From: Clostridia bacterium
GTDB taxonomy: Bacteria; Bacillota; Clostridia; Christensenellales; Borkfalkiaceae
NCBI GenBank assembly: GCA_017615975.1
Contig: JAFZYZ010000027.1
Span: 1 to 51,445 of the forward strand
Length of the DNA stretch: 51,445 nt
Reading direction: 5' to 3'
Position numbers and translations under genes: made by a program. A model generated the notes under the pieces. That model saw only the letters and a list, made by a program, of their open reading frames with translations. It did no database searches and was not told the DNA's origin. Below are positions 44,188 to 51,445 of this stretch, piece by piece. The first letter of the stretch is position 1. Each line of letters starts with the position of its first letter.

Positions 44188-44217
44188 ATAGCGGTAGAGA
44201 ACCTATCGCTATTTTTT
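44188..44217 (+). terminator. rho-independent terminator after the RNase III-like gene
   Basis: Stem atagcggtag / ctatcgctat (one G-T pair) with loop agaac, followed by ttttt. Confidence 0.75.
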
Positions 44218-44341
44218 ATAGTTTATGGTAAAATATAAAGGTCAAAAGGAGGTGGGGCTATGATTGCGTAGGCGTCCACTATCGGCAAAGATAAGTGGAC
44301 GGGAAAATCAAAACAATTTAATAAAAACAGGAGGTATTTAT

Positions 44342-45835
44342 GTGAAAATAACGTATAAGGATTTTGTAGAAATCCAAAAGTTAAAGAAGCAAGGAATAAC
44401 GAGAAACGAGGCTGTCCTAAAAACCAAATACACGCAGTACGTAATATATAAATACTGGGATATGCCCGAAGACGTGTTCCTTAAAGAAAAAGACCAGACC
44501 AAGTCGGAATACAGCAAGTACCGAGACGTTATCGTCGAGATAATAAACGAGAACAGCACTCTTCCCGCAAACGTAATTCACGATAGGCTGAAAGAACGGG
44601 TCGGCGCGGAAAACCTTGCGTCTATGAATTCCTTTTATCGGTACTTAAAAAGCCTAAAGCAAAGGATGGGGCTATCCGACAAAAAGGTTTCAGTTCGCCA
44701 GATGGTAGAAGAAACTCCGATGGGTGAAGAAGCGCAGGTAGACTTCGGTCAATACCAAATGCCGAATATGTACGGTGGCGTAAACAGAGTATATTTCTTC
44801 TGTATGGTGCTGTCGTACAGTCGGATGAAATACGTGTACTTTCTATCAGAACCGTTCGACTCGCTGACGTTTGCCTATGCACACGAACTAGCTTTTAAGT
44901 ATTTCGACGGCAGGCCTAAAAGGATACTGTACGACCAAGACAGGACGATGGTAGTAAGCGAAAACTGCGGGAATATAATTTTCACTAAAGAGTTCGACGC
45001 TTACCGAAGAACGGCGGGGTTTGAAGCGATGGTTTGTAAACCTTACGACCCGGACAGCAAAGGTAAGGTAGAGAACGTCGTAAAGTTCGTAAAGCAAAAC
45101 TTCCTTGAAGGCAGAGAGTATTGCGGGATTGACGCGCTTAATAATCAATGCCTGGCGTGGCTGGACAGAACGGGGAACGGCAAGATACACCAAGCGACTA
45201 AAAAGACGCCGCGGGAGTTATTTGTTAAAGAACAGCCGAAACTTACAAAGCATCACCCCGTAGAAATCGACCTGAATAAAACGAGAGTGGCAAGGGTATC
45301 CGACCTATACTACGTGACCTACAAAAACAACAGATATTCCGTTCCGCCGAGTAAGTGCAAAATCGGGGACAGAGTAAAGTTGGAAGTCGAAGGCAATGCA
45401 CTCAATATTATCGACGTAGCGACCGACAAAAAGATAATTACTCACCGATTGCTGCAAGGGAAAGGCAAGGCAAACGTCGAAAGGGAGATGCCTATTGACA
45501 AGAACTACTTTAACAAAGCCAAAGAAAAGTACGAGTCAAGCAGCGTGGTAGTCAAGTTTATCGAAAGGATAGAGATGACAAAGCCACGGTACTTAAAAGA
45601 ACAGGCACGGCTGTTGCATAAAATAGAAAAGCAGTATTCAAAGGACGATATAATTTCCGCAATAGTGACTTGTTCGAGTGAAAATAGGTTTTGCTTTACC
45701 GAAGTGCTTTCGGAACTCTTGATTCAGGTAGGCGAAAGAAATCTTAAAGAGATAGCGCCGAAACGGACTGCGTCTAGGTATAAAAAACTCGCTAACTACA
45801 ATCTTTTGACGGAGGCTGACGATGGACTTATCTAG
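44342..45835 (+). CDS. istA: IS21-family transposase IstA
   Basis: GTG 44342 has an AGGAGG SD 8 nt upstream. N-terminal HTH. DDE core EEAQVDFG, LYDQDRTMV and PYDPDSKGKVEN. Confidence 0.85.
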   Translation: MKITYKDFVEIQKLKKQGITRNEAVLKTKYTQYVIYKYWDMPEDVFLKEKDQTKSEYSKYRDVIVEIINENSTLPANVIHDRLKERVGAENLASMNSFYRYLKSLKQRMGLSDKKVSVRQMVEETPMGEEAQVDFGQYQMPNMYGGVNRVYFFCMVLSYSRMKYVYFLSEPFDSLTFAYAHELAFKYFDGRPKRILYDQDRTMVVSENCGNIIFTKEFDAYRRTAGFEAMVCKPYDPDSKGKVENVVKFVKQNFLEGREYCGIDALNNQCLAWLDRTGNGKIHQATKKTPRELFVKEQPKLTKHHPVEIDLNKTRVARVSDLYYVTYKNNRYSVPPSKCKIGDRVKLEVEGNALNIIDVATDKKIITHRLLQGKGKANVEREMPIDKNYFNKAKEKYESSSVVVKFIERIEMTKPRYLKEQARLLHKIEKQYSKDDIISAIVTCSSENRFCFTEVLSELLIQVGERNLKEIAPKRTASRYKKLANYNLLTEADDGLI

Positions 45836-46556
45836 AATAAAAGATTTGGCGAACAGGTTAAGTCTGACTAACCTTGCGAGAAGCCTTACGGAAATACAAG
45901 GCACGGAAAAAGAGTGGCGGTTTTTGGAAAAGGTGCTACGGACCGAACAGGAAATACGCGACGGCAACAAAGAACAGACGCTAATAAAAAGAGCCAAGTT
46001 CCCAGTTATAAAAACGATGGAAGAGTTTGAACTGGACGCACAGGAAAAACTGACCAAGTGGCACTTAACTAAACTATCGGAAACGAAATGGATAGAAGAC
46101 AGATACAACGTTCTTCTAATCGGTAGTGCGGGAACGGGTAAAACCCATCTAGCCGTTGCAATCGGGTTAAAGGCGATAGGCAATAACAAAAAGGTAGTGT
46201 ATACGACGGTAAACGAGTTGCTGTTTCTAATAAAGACACAGCAGGAAGTTAAGAAAAGCAAAATCAAGTTGGACTACATAGAAGACTGCGACGTGGTAAT
46301 AATAGACGAACTCGGTTATACGCCGTTAAGCCGAGAAGAGACGCTTACCCTTTACAAAAAGATAGACGGACTTAATAAAAGGAAATCCCTTATAATAGCC
46401 ACGAACAGAACTTTCGAAGGCTGGGGAGACATCTTTTACGATGAACAAACAGCCGAGACCTTACTTGACAGAGTCGTAGAGAACTGTCAGGTAATAACAC
46501 TTACAGGCGGTAGTTACCGACTGAGAACCCACAAAGGTATATTTGACGTTAACTAA
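45822..46556 (+). CDS. istB: IS21-family ATP-binding helper IstB
   Basis: 244 aa. Walker A GSAGTGKTHL and Walker B VVIIDELGY. Overlaps istA by 14 nt, with a GGAGG SD. Confidence 0.9.
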   Translation: MDLSRIKDLANRLSLTNLARSLTEIQGTEKEWRFLEKVLRTEQEIRDGNKEQTLIKRAKFPVIKTMEEFELDAQEKLTKWHLTKLSETKWIEDRYNVLLIGSAGTGKTHLAVAIGLKAIGNNKKVVYTTVNELLFLIKTQQEVKKSKIKLDYIEDCDVVIIDELGYTPLSREETLTLYKKIDGLNKRKSLIIATNRTFEGWGDIFYDEQTAETLLDRVVENCQVITLTGGSYRLRTHKGIFDVN

Positions 46557-46739
46557 CCCTTGAAGATTTAATTTGATTATAAATAAAATTTAATTTTGAT
46601 TATTCAGTTTTTTCGCTAGAAAGAACTTTTTATATATAAAAGATTTTTGATTTGGTGAGAAAGTGAGAACGCCTAAGGGGGTAGGGGGGGTAAAAACCCC
46701 GGTAAAACACCCCCCTAGCGGGGCCGCAAAACCGTGCGA

Positions 46740-46806
46740 GTTTTCGCAAAATCAAAAATCAAACGCGCAAAATCACGCAAGTTTTCGCAAAATCAAAAAT
46801 CAAACG
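46740..46806. repeat. two copies of a 26-bp direct repeat (gttttcgcaaaatcaaaaatcaaacg) with a related partial copy between them
   Basis: Copies at 46740-46765 and 46781-46806, with the spacer cgcaaaatcacgcaa repeating the cgcaaaatca core. G/C-rich hairpins lie at 46681-46730 just upstream. Confidence 0.9.
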
Positions 46807-46826
46807 AGATCGTTAATTATTTGTTT

Positions 46827-47870
46827 TTACAAATTTCTTACGCATTTGCCGGTAAAAGCGTCCTGAAACATCATAAAGTAGCCGTCGCCTTTTAAGTTGA
46901 ATATAGATAGCGGCACGAAACAGCAGTATCCTGCGAGTTCTTTGGGCGGGGTATCGCGATAGGGCGACGGCACGCCGTAGCATACGTATTTTGCTTTATC
47001 GTTTTCTTTAATTACGCCTACGACGTAATACTTATCGTCGGCGTAATTAATTTTGACGAAACGGCTGCCGCCGATTGCCTTTTCAAGTTCCGTCTCTCTC
47101 GGATATCTGTCCAAAAGCCCTTCGAGTTCGTTTTTTACCGTGAGATAGTAGGGCGTGATTTCGCCGCTTCTATCGTGCGTTTCATTTTGAGATAAGTCAA
47201 GGTCTTTTTGGCTTTGTTTTTTTTCTTGCGGGCGGAAAATAGCGTCGTCGCCGCCTTCACTTCGTATATACTCACTTGACAGTTCCTTTATTGCGGAAAG
47301 TTTTTGCCGCATATCGTTATCGTCGTAATAATTTTCGGTCGCGACCGCTTCGTCGTCGTAGAGTTTAAACATCTCTGGCGAAAGGGGTTGGCTTTCGGTA
47401 GGGGTTGGGGTTTCCGTTTTTCGTTCCGCGAGTAAGGCGAACTCTTTTTCGCGTTCTTTAAGTTTTCTTTCGGCTATTATTTCGTTTACCACGCTTGAAC
47501 CGTATTCCTTGGCGGAAAGTAAAGCGCCGTCGCTTTTACCGTATGCGGCGAGTAGCGGAATATCGTTTTCCACCGTCCAAAGCCCCGCGGTAATACCTTG
47601 TTCCAAAGAAAAGTCGCTGTTAAAGGGCAGCGTGGAAGATCTGGGGGTTCTGCCCAGATCTTTTTTTACTACCGTTTTGTCGTCGCCGACGATAAACAGG
47701 CGGTATTCGCCTTTTTGCAGCGCGTTAAATCCCACGAGAGATAAAAACACCGTTAAAAGCCCGTTTTCCTTTTCCAGCCGACAGATGCCGCAAGCGGGTT
47801 TGTCGCCGAAAGAATAGCCTTCGGCCGTTTGTTTTATAACAAGAATTTTTTTTGAAAACACTTTTTTCAC
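46827..47870 (-). CDS. 347-aa hypothetical protein (acidic/low-complexity middle, conserved-looking N- and C-terminal domains)
   Basis: Long ORF with the flank-type (higher GC) composition. I recognise no motif. Confidence 0.65.
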   Translation of the reverse strand: MKKVFSKKILVIKQTAEGYSFGDKPACGICRLEKENGLLTVFLSLVGFNALQKGEYRLFIVGDDKTVVKKDLGRTPRSSTLPFNSDFSLEQGITAGLWTVENDIPLLAAYGKSDGALLSAKEYGSSVVNEIIAERKLKEREKEFALLAERKTETPTPTESQPLSPEMFKLYDDEAVATENYYDDNDMRQKLSAIKELSSEYIRSEGGDDAIFRPQEKKQSQKDLDLSQNETHDRSGEITPYYLTVKNELEGLLDRYPRETELEKAIGGSRFVKINYADDKYYVVGVIKENDKAKYVCYGVPSPYRDTPPKELAGYCCFVPLSIFNLKGDGYFMMFQDAFTGKCVRNL

Positions 47871-48016
47871 CGCCTTAAACCGAAGTTGTTATCGGGTATT
47901 ATAAATATATACGCTTTTTTTATATTTAAAATTTGTTTTTTTGCCGAAATATTGCATTTTTTATCGAAAAAATCGTGTCGTAAAAGAGAAAAATTATGCT
48001 ATCGCGGTACGATCAG

Positions 48017-48045
48017 TTTACAGATTGTCATAAAAATGTTATAAT
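48017..48045 (+). promoter_or_regulatory. sigma-A promoter of the PEP carboxykinase gene
   Basis: TTTACA (48017-48022), 17-nt spacer ending in TGt (extended -10), TATAAT (48040-48045). Confidence 0.6.
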
Positions 48046-48103
48046 ACATATGATTATAATGGGGTAAGATGAGAAAATTTTTAAGGAGAAGTGTAAAAAA
48101 ATT

Positions 48104-49879
48104 ATGACGACGAACAAAAAACTTTTGGATTTCGTTAAAGAAGCGCAGGAACTTTGCGCACCTGATAAGGTCGTCTGGATTGACGGTAGCAAAGCGCAAC
48201 TAGACGCCTTAAAGCAACAGGCTGTCGAAGAAAAAATCCTTATAAAACTCAATCAGGAAAAATTGCCCGATTGTTATCTTCACCGCACTTCGGTAAACGA
48301 CGTCGCAAGGGTGGAAGGCAGGACTTTTATCTGTTCTAAAAATAAAGCCGATTCCGCACCTATAAACAACTGGATGGAAACGAACGAGGCGTATAAACTC
48401 TTAAAAGGTTTATTTAAGGACGTTATGAAAGGCAGAACGATGTACGTTATTCCGTACTCGATGGGTGCTGTCGGCAGTAAGTTCTCTAAAATCGGTATCG
48501 AAATCACCGATTCTATATACGTCGTTCTTAATATGGCCATTATGACGCGTGTGGGGCAAAAGGTTCTGGACGCGCTGGGCGACGGGGACTTTATAAAGGG
48601 CTGGCACTCTTACGCCGAACTTTCCGAAGAAAAGAGATATATCTGCCACTTTCCAGAAGACAATACCATTATGTCGATAAATTCCAACTACGGCGGCAAC
48701 GTGCTTTTGGGTAAAAAGTGCTTTGCACTCCGTATCGCGTCTTACCTTGGCAAAACCGAAGGCTGGATGGCGGAACATATGCTTATTTTGGGTATCGAAA
48801 ACCCGAAAGGCGAGATAAAGTACGTGGCGGCGGCTTTCCCGTCGGCTTGCGGCAAGACCAACCTTGCTATGATAATACCGCCTGAAATCTATAAGAAGAA
48901 AGGCTATAAATGCTGGTGCGTGGGCGACGATATCGCTTGGATAAGAGTGGGCGAAGACGGAAGACTGTGGGCGGTAAACCCCGAAAACGGTTTCTTCGGC
49001 GTAGCCCCTGGGACGAGTATGAAATCCAACCCCAACGCGCTGTTATCCACTAAAAAGGGTACGATATTCACTAACGTCGTGGAAAATCTGGACGACGAGA
49101 CCGTTTGGTGGGAAGGTTTGGATAAGAATCCGCCTAAAAACGCTATCGACTGGAAAGGAAATCCTTGGAACGGCGATATGAAAGACGCTGACGGCAAGCC
49201 GATTAAAGGCGCGCACCCGAACAGCAGATTTACCGCGCCTACCGTCAACTGTCCGTGTCTTTCCGACCAGTTCGAAAATCCGGACGGCGTGCCGCTTTCC
49301 GCAATTATCTTCGGAGGAAGACGTGCTAAAACCGCACCGCTCGTTTATCAGAGTAAAGACTGGAATAACGGCGTGTTCGTAGGTTCTATAATGGCAAGCG
49401 AAACGACGGCGGCGGCGACCGGCGCAGTCGGCGTCGTAAGGCGCGATCCTATGGCTATGCGCCCGTTCGTCGGCTATAATATGGGCGACTACTTTAAACA
49501 CTGGATTGGAATGGGCGATAAGATTAAGAATAAACCCAAGATTTTCAACGTCAACTGGTTCAGAACGGATGAAAACGGCAACTTTATCTGGCCGGGGTTC
49601 GGCGACAATATGCGCGTTCTCGATTGGATACTTGCTCGTTGCGAAGATAAGGTGGACGCTAAAGAAACGCCTATCGGCTACGTTCCTTACGCAAAGGATA
49701 TCAATATCGACGGGCTTGACGGCATCACCGAAAAGACTATCGAAGACCTTTTGACCGTAGATAAAGAAAACTGGACGAAGGAAACGGAAGGTATCGAAAC
49801 TTTCTACGGCGAATTAGGTAGCCGAGTTCCGAAAGAACTTTACGACGAACTCGCTAAATTAAAAGCGAATTTGAAATAA
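48104..49879 (+). CDS. pck: phosphoenolpyruvate carboxykinase (GTP-dependent type)
   Basis: 591 aa. The kinase-1a loop AAFPSACGKTNLAM and other GTP-PEPCK blocks (WMAEHMLILG, GDDIAWI, FGGRR). AAGGAGAAG SD. Confidence 0.92.
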   Translation: MTTNKKLLDFVKEAQELCAPDKVVWIDGSKAQLDALKQQAVEEKILIKLNQEKLPDCYLHRTSVNDVARVEGRTFICSKNKADSAPINNWMETNEAYKLLKGLFKDVMKGRTMYVIPYSMGAVGSKFSKIGIEITDSIYVVLNMAIMTRVGQKVLDALGDGDFIKGWHSYAELSEEKRYICHFPEDNTIMSINSNYGGNVLLGKKCFALRIASYLGKTEGWMAEHMLILGIENPKGEIKYVAAAFPSACGKTNLAMIIPPEIYKKKGYKCWCVGDDIAWIRVGEDGRLWAVNPENGFFGVAPGTSMKSNPNALLSTKKGTIFTNVVENLDDETVWWEGLDKNPPKNAIDWKGNPWNGDMKDADGKPIKGAHPNSRFTAPTVNCPCLSDQFENPDGVPLSAIIFGGRRAKTAPLVYQSKDWNNGVFVGSIMASETTAAATGAVGVVRRDPMAMRPFVGYNMGDYFKHWIGMGDKIKNKPKIFNVNWFRTDENGNFIWPGFGDNMRVLDWILARCEDKVDAKETPIGYVPYAKDINIDGLDGITEKTIEDLLTVDKENWTKETEGIETFYGELGSRVPKELYDELAKLKANLK

Positions 49880-49894
49880 GTTGATAGTAAAATT

Positions 49895-49938
49895 ACGCCC
49901 GCCGCGACAAAAAGTGTCGTGGCGGGCGTTTTGTTTTT
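49895..49938 (+). terminator. rho-independent terminator after pck
   Basis: 14-bp stem acgcccgccgcgac / gtcgtggcgggcgt (one G-T pair) with loop aaaaagt, followed by tttgttttt. Confidence 0.85.
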
Positions 49939-50004
49939 AAATAGGTATAAAAAATTTTCAAAAGGGGTAAAACAGGATTATCAAAACCGAAAAGGAGATT
50001 TTTT

Positions 50005-50193
50005 ATGGGCAAAAATATGCTTACCACGAAAGAGGCGACGCTACTTTCCGATCTTTTGATCTACGAAGAAAGCGCGTGTAAAAAAGCGAGACTTTACGCC
50101 AGAACGCTGACAGACAAAACGCTTGCAAGTAAATTCAATAAACTTGCCGATCATCACGAAAAGCGCTTTAACGCGCTGTTCGATTTATTGTAA
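50005..50193 (+). CDS. small spore-coat-associated protein (62 aa), partner of the coat-F-like gene
   Basis: AAGGAGA SD. Helical 62-aa product sitting directly upstream of a Coat-F-domain gene, a common clostridial pair. Confidence 0.5.
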   Translation: MGKNMLTTKEATLLSDLLIYEESACKKARLYARTLTDKTLASKFNKLADHHEKRFNALFDLL

Positions 50194-50203
50194 GGGGGAA
50201 ATT

Positions 50204-50488
50204 ATGGATTATATGAAAGAGATAACCTTAAACGAAAAGGACAGTTTACAAGATATGTTAAACCTTGAAAAGAATATCGCCAAAGTGTATTCTACGGTGA
50301 TGACCGAAGGGGTAAGTAACGGGTTCAGAACGACGGTTAAAAACCACTGGAACGAAACGGTAGAAGACCAAGCGGACGTGTATTTTATGATGACGGATAA
50401 GGGATACGCGAAGGTGGAATCCGCGCCCGAAACGACTTTATCGGAAGAGAGAAACAAGTTTTCAAAAGTTAAAAGCGGGCTTTCGTAA
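50204..50488 (+). CDS. spore coat protein F (Coat_F domain)-like, 94 aa
   Basis: ATG 50204 has a GGGGGA SD. NEKDSLQDMLNLEKNIAKVYSTVMTEGVSNGFR fits the Coat_F helical-bundle pattern. Confidence 0.6.
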   Translation: MDYMKEITLNEKDSLQDMLNLEKNIAKVYSTVMTEGVSNGFRTTVKNHWNETVEDQADVYFMMTDKGYAKVESAPETTLSEERNKFSKVKSGLS

Positions 50489-50495
50489 ATTACTG

Positions 50496-50580
50496 TGTCA
50501 TTGCGAGCCTACGCAGTAGGCGCGGCAATCTGCGAGATTGCTTCGTTTGCCCGTCGTTGCTTGTCAAACTCGCAATGACA
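50496..50580. repeat. 85-bp palindromic intergenic element (tgtcattgcgag ... ctcgcaatgaca)
   Basis: 12-bp outer inverted repeat at 50496-50507 / 50569-50580, plus an inner hairpin gcaatct-gcg-agattgc at 50525-50541. It resembles the cattgcgag..gcaatc class of dispersed palindromic repeats seen in many bacterial genomes. Confidence 0.6.
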
Positions 50581-50600
50581 AAAAGGATTTAAAACAATTA

Positions 50601-50640
50601 TATCGGCGCAAGCAAAATTGCTTGCGCCGATAGTGTTTTT
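50601..50640. terminator. bidirectional terminator between the coat gene (+) and the antiporter gene (-)
   Basis: Perfect 14-bp stem tatcggcgcaagca / tgcttgcgccgata with loop aaat, followed by gtgttttt. Confidence 0.85.
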
Positions 50641-50648
50641 AAGTCTAA

Positions 50649-51445
50649 TTATTTATTTTCCGCGGGAGTTTCTGGCGTGTTGTTCGCAGCCTTTTTCTTT
50701 TCCAGATATTTAATAAGGAATACAGCGCCAACGAATAAGCCGAGTGCCACTACCCACATAATTACGCCGCCGAGAACGGCACTTAAATCTGCGTATATCA
50801 GCGCGCCGCCGATAATATAAGATATAAACGCGATAACCGCGACGAGAGAAGCGTAGGGGAGTTGCGTTTTAACGTGGTCAACGTGGTTGCAGTTTCCGCC
50901 TGCGGAAGCAAGTATCGTAGTGTCGGAAATGGGCGAAACGTGGTCGCCGAACACAGCGCCGCCAAGCGTTGCCGAGACGGTAAGCACGGCAAGAGTGCTG
51001 GTGTTTTCACCAAGCAAAGTCGTGGCAATGCCAATCAAGATAGCGAACGTGCCCCAAGAAGTTCCCGTTGCAAATGATATTACGCAAGCAAGCAGGAAGA
51101 ATATTGCGGGGAACAGCCATTGTACGGAAAGTCCCGCGACGTTTTCGTTAACGAACGCCTTCGCGTCAAGATAACCGCCTTTCGCGCCCATAATGCCGGA
51201 AATGGTCCAAGCAAAAACTAAAATCAGTATTGCGGGCGTCATGGACTTAAAGCCTTGAACGATGCTTTCCATTATATCCTTAAAATTAACGACTTTCGCT
51301 ATCATATAGTAAGCACCGATGACAAATAATGCAAAGGTAGATCCTATTGCAAGCGAAGGTCCTGCGTCGCAACTTGAAAACGCGTCTATAAAATTGTTTC
51401 TGCCGTGGAAGAAACCGCCGTTATAAATCATACCGAGAACGCAGA
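50649..51445 (-). CDS. nhaC: Na+/H+ antiporter NhaC-family membrane protein, C-terminal part (5' end outside the window)
   Basis: The reading frame is open to the window edge, with multiple TM spans. GDHVSPISDTTILASAGGNCNHVDHVKTQLPY is characteristic of the NhaC C-terminal domain. Confidence 0.7.
   Translation of the reverse strand, partial: CVLGMIYNGGFFHGRNNFIDAFSSCDAGPSLAIGSTFALFVIGAYYMIAKVVNFKDIMESIVQGFKSMTPAILILVFAWTISGIMGAKGGYLDAKAFVNENVAGLSVQWLFPAIFFLLACVISFATGTSWGTFAILIGIATTLLGENTSTLAVLTVSATLGGAVFGDHVSPISDTTILASAGGNCNHVDHVKTQLPYASLVAVIAFISYIIGGALIYADLSAVLGGVIMWVVALGLFVGAVFLIKYLEKKKAANNTPETPAENK

Larger units (their letters stand above)
44261..46810 (+). mobile_element. IS21-family insertion sequence (istA-istB); ends approximate
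   Basis: Overlapping istA/istB genes. A possible imperfect terminal repeat tgattgcgTAGGCGTccACT (44261-44280) pairs with AGTgagaACGCCTAaggg (46662-46680). Further 26-bp direct repeats lie at 46740-46806. The true termini and target duplication could not be fixed by eye. Confidence 0.6.

Noticed and set aside
44264-44341. N-terminal extension of istA from the TTG at 44264
   Set aside because: GTG 44342 has a strong AGGAGG SD at optimal spacing. The extension (RRRPLSAKISGRENQ..) covers the probable IS terminal repeat.
45638-46267. 209-aa minus-strand ORF
   Set aside because: It is entirely antisense to the istA/istB junction, with low-complexity Ser/Leu/Phe-rich content and no SD.
46740-46806. 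Mini CRISPR array
   Set aside because: There are only two full 26-bp repeats, separated by 15 bp that is itself a partial repeat. There are no cas genes and no spacer-like unique sequence. IS-terminal or host intergenic repeats are more likely.
46663-46866. 67-aa plus-strand ORF
   Set aside because: It runs through the G-rich hairpins and the 26-bp repeats and into the 3' end of the convergent gene. There is no SD, and the translation is Lys/Pro/Gly-rich and low-complexity.
50123-50203. Longer start for the coat-F-like gene
   Set aside because: The extension overlaps the upstream 62-aa gene in another frame. ATG 50204 has its own GGGGGA SD.

Overview
This 51.4-kb window looks like a Clostridia-type Firmicute chromosome, judging by spore-coat-F genes, the tilS-hpt pair and lipoprotein solute-binding proteins. 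All calls come from reading motifs by eye; no searches or computations were run. There are four blocks. (1) 1-17.4 kb is a single co-directional glycan-utilisation locus. It has three paralogous glycosidase-like proteins, a two-permease plus lipoprotein-SBP ABC importer with no ATPase gene, an SGNH esterase, two surface proteins sharing an unusual C-terminal GGCGSE-TM-basic tail, and a secreted CX5R phosphatase-like protein. (2) 17.4-24.7 kb holds housekeeping genes (SGNH hydrolase, hpt, tilS, initiator tRNA-fMet). A tRNA 3' remnant follows, then a TetR-led redox/detox cluster of aldo-keto reductase, Maa acetyltransferase, two flavodoxin-fold proteins and Fe-ADH. (3) 24.7-46.8 kb is a visibly AT-rich accessory island. 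It starts with small regulators (SLOG/DUF1273, two XRE HTH proteins, a PNPOx-like protein). Seven tightly packed + strand genes follow: a Res-like helicase-nuclease, a 274-aa unknown, a beta-class DNA methyltransferase, a Rad3/DinG-like helicase with a PD-(D/E)xK-like tail, a 605-aa protein whose C-terminal half reads like a catalytically dead MID-PIWI (Argonaute-like) module, and two ORFans of 505 and 1220 aa. A separately transcribed RNase III paralogue with two dsRBDs and an IS21-family element (istA/istB) close the island. (4) 46.8-51.4 kb returns to core genes: a 347-aa unknown, GTP-type PEP carboxykinase, two coat-F-like genes and a truncated nhaC-like antiporter. The most interesting candidate is the 26.4-44.1 kb composite defence locus. 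Within it, the helicase-nuclease plus pAgo-like pair (DdmDE / PIWI-RE-like architecture) sits between a type-III-like R-M module, two uncharacterised giant proteins and an accessory RNase III.
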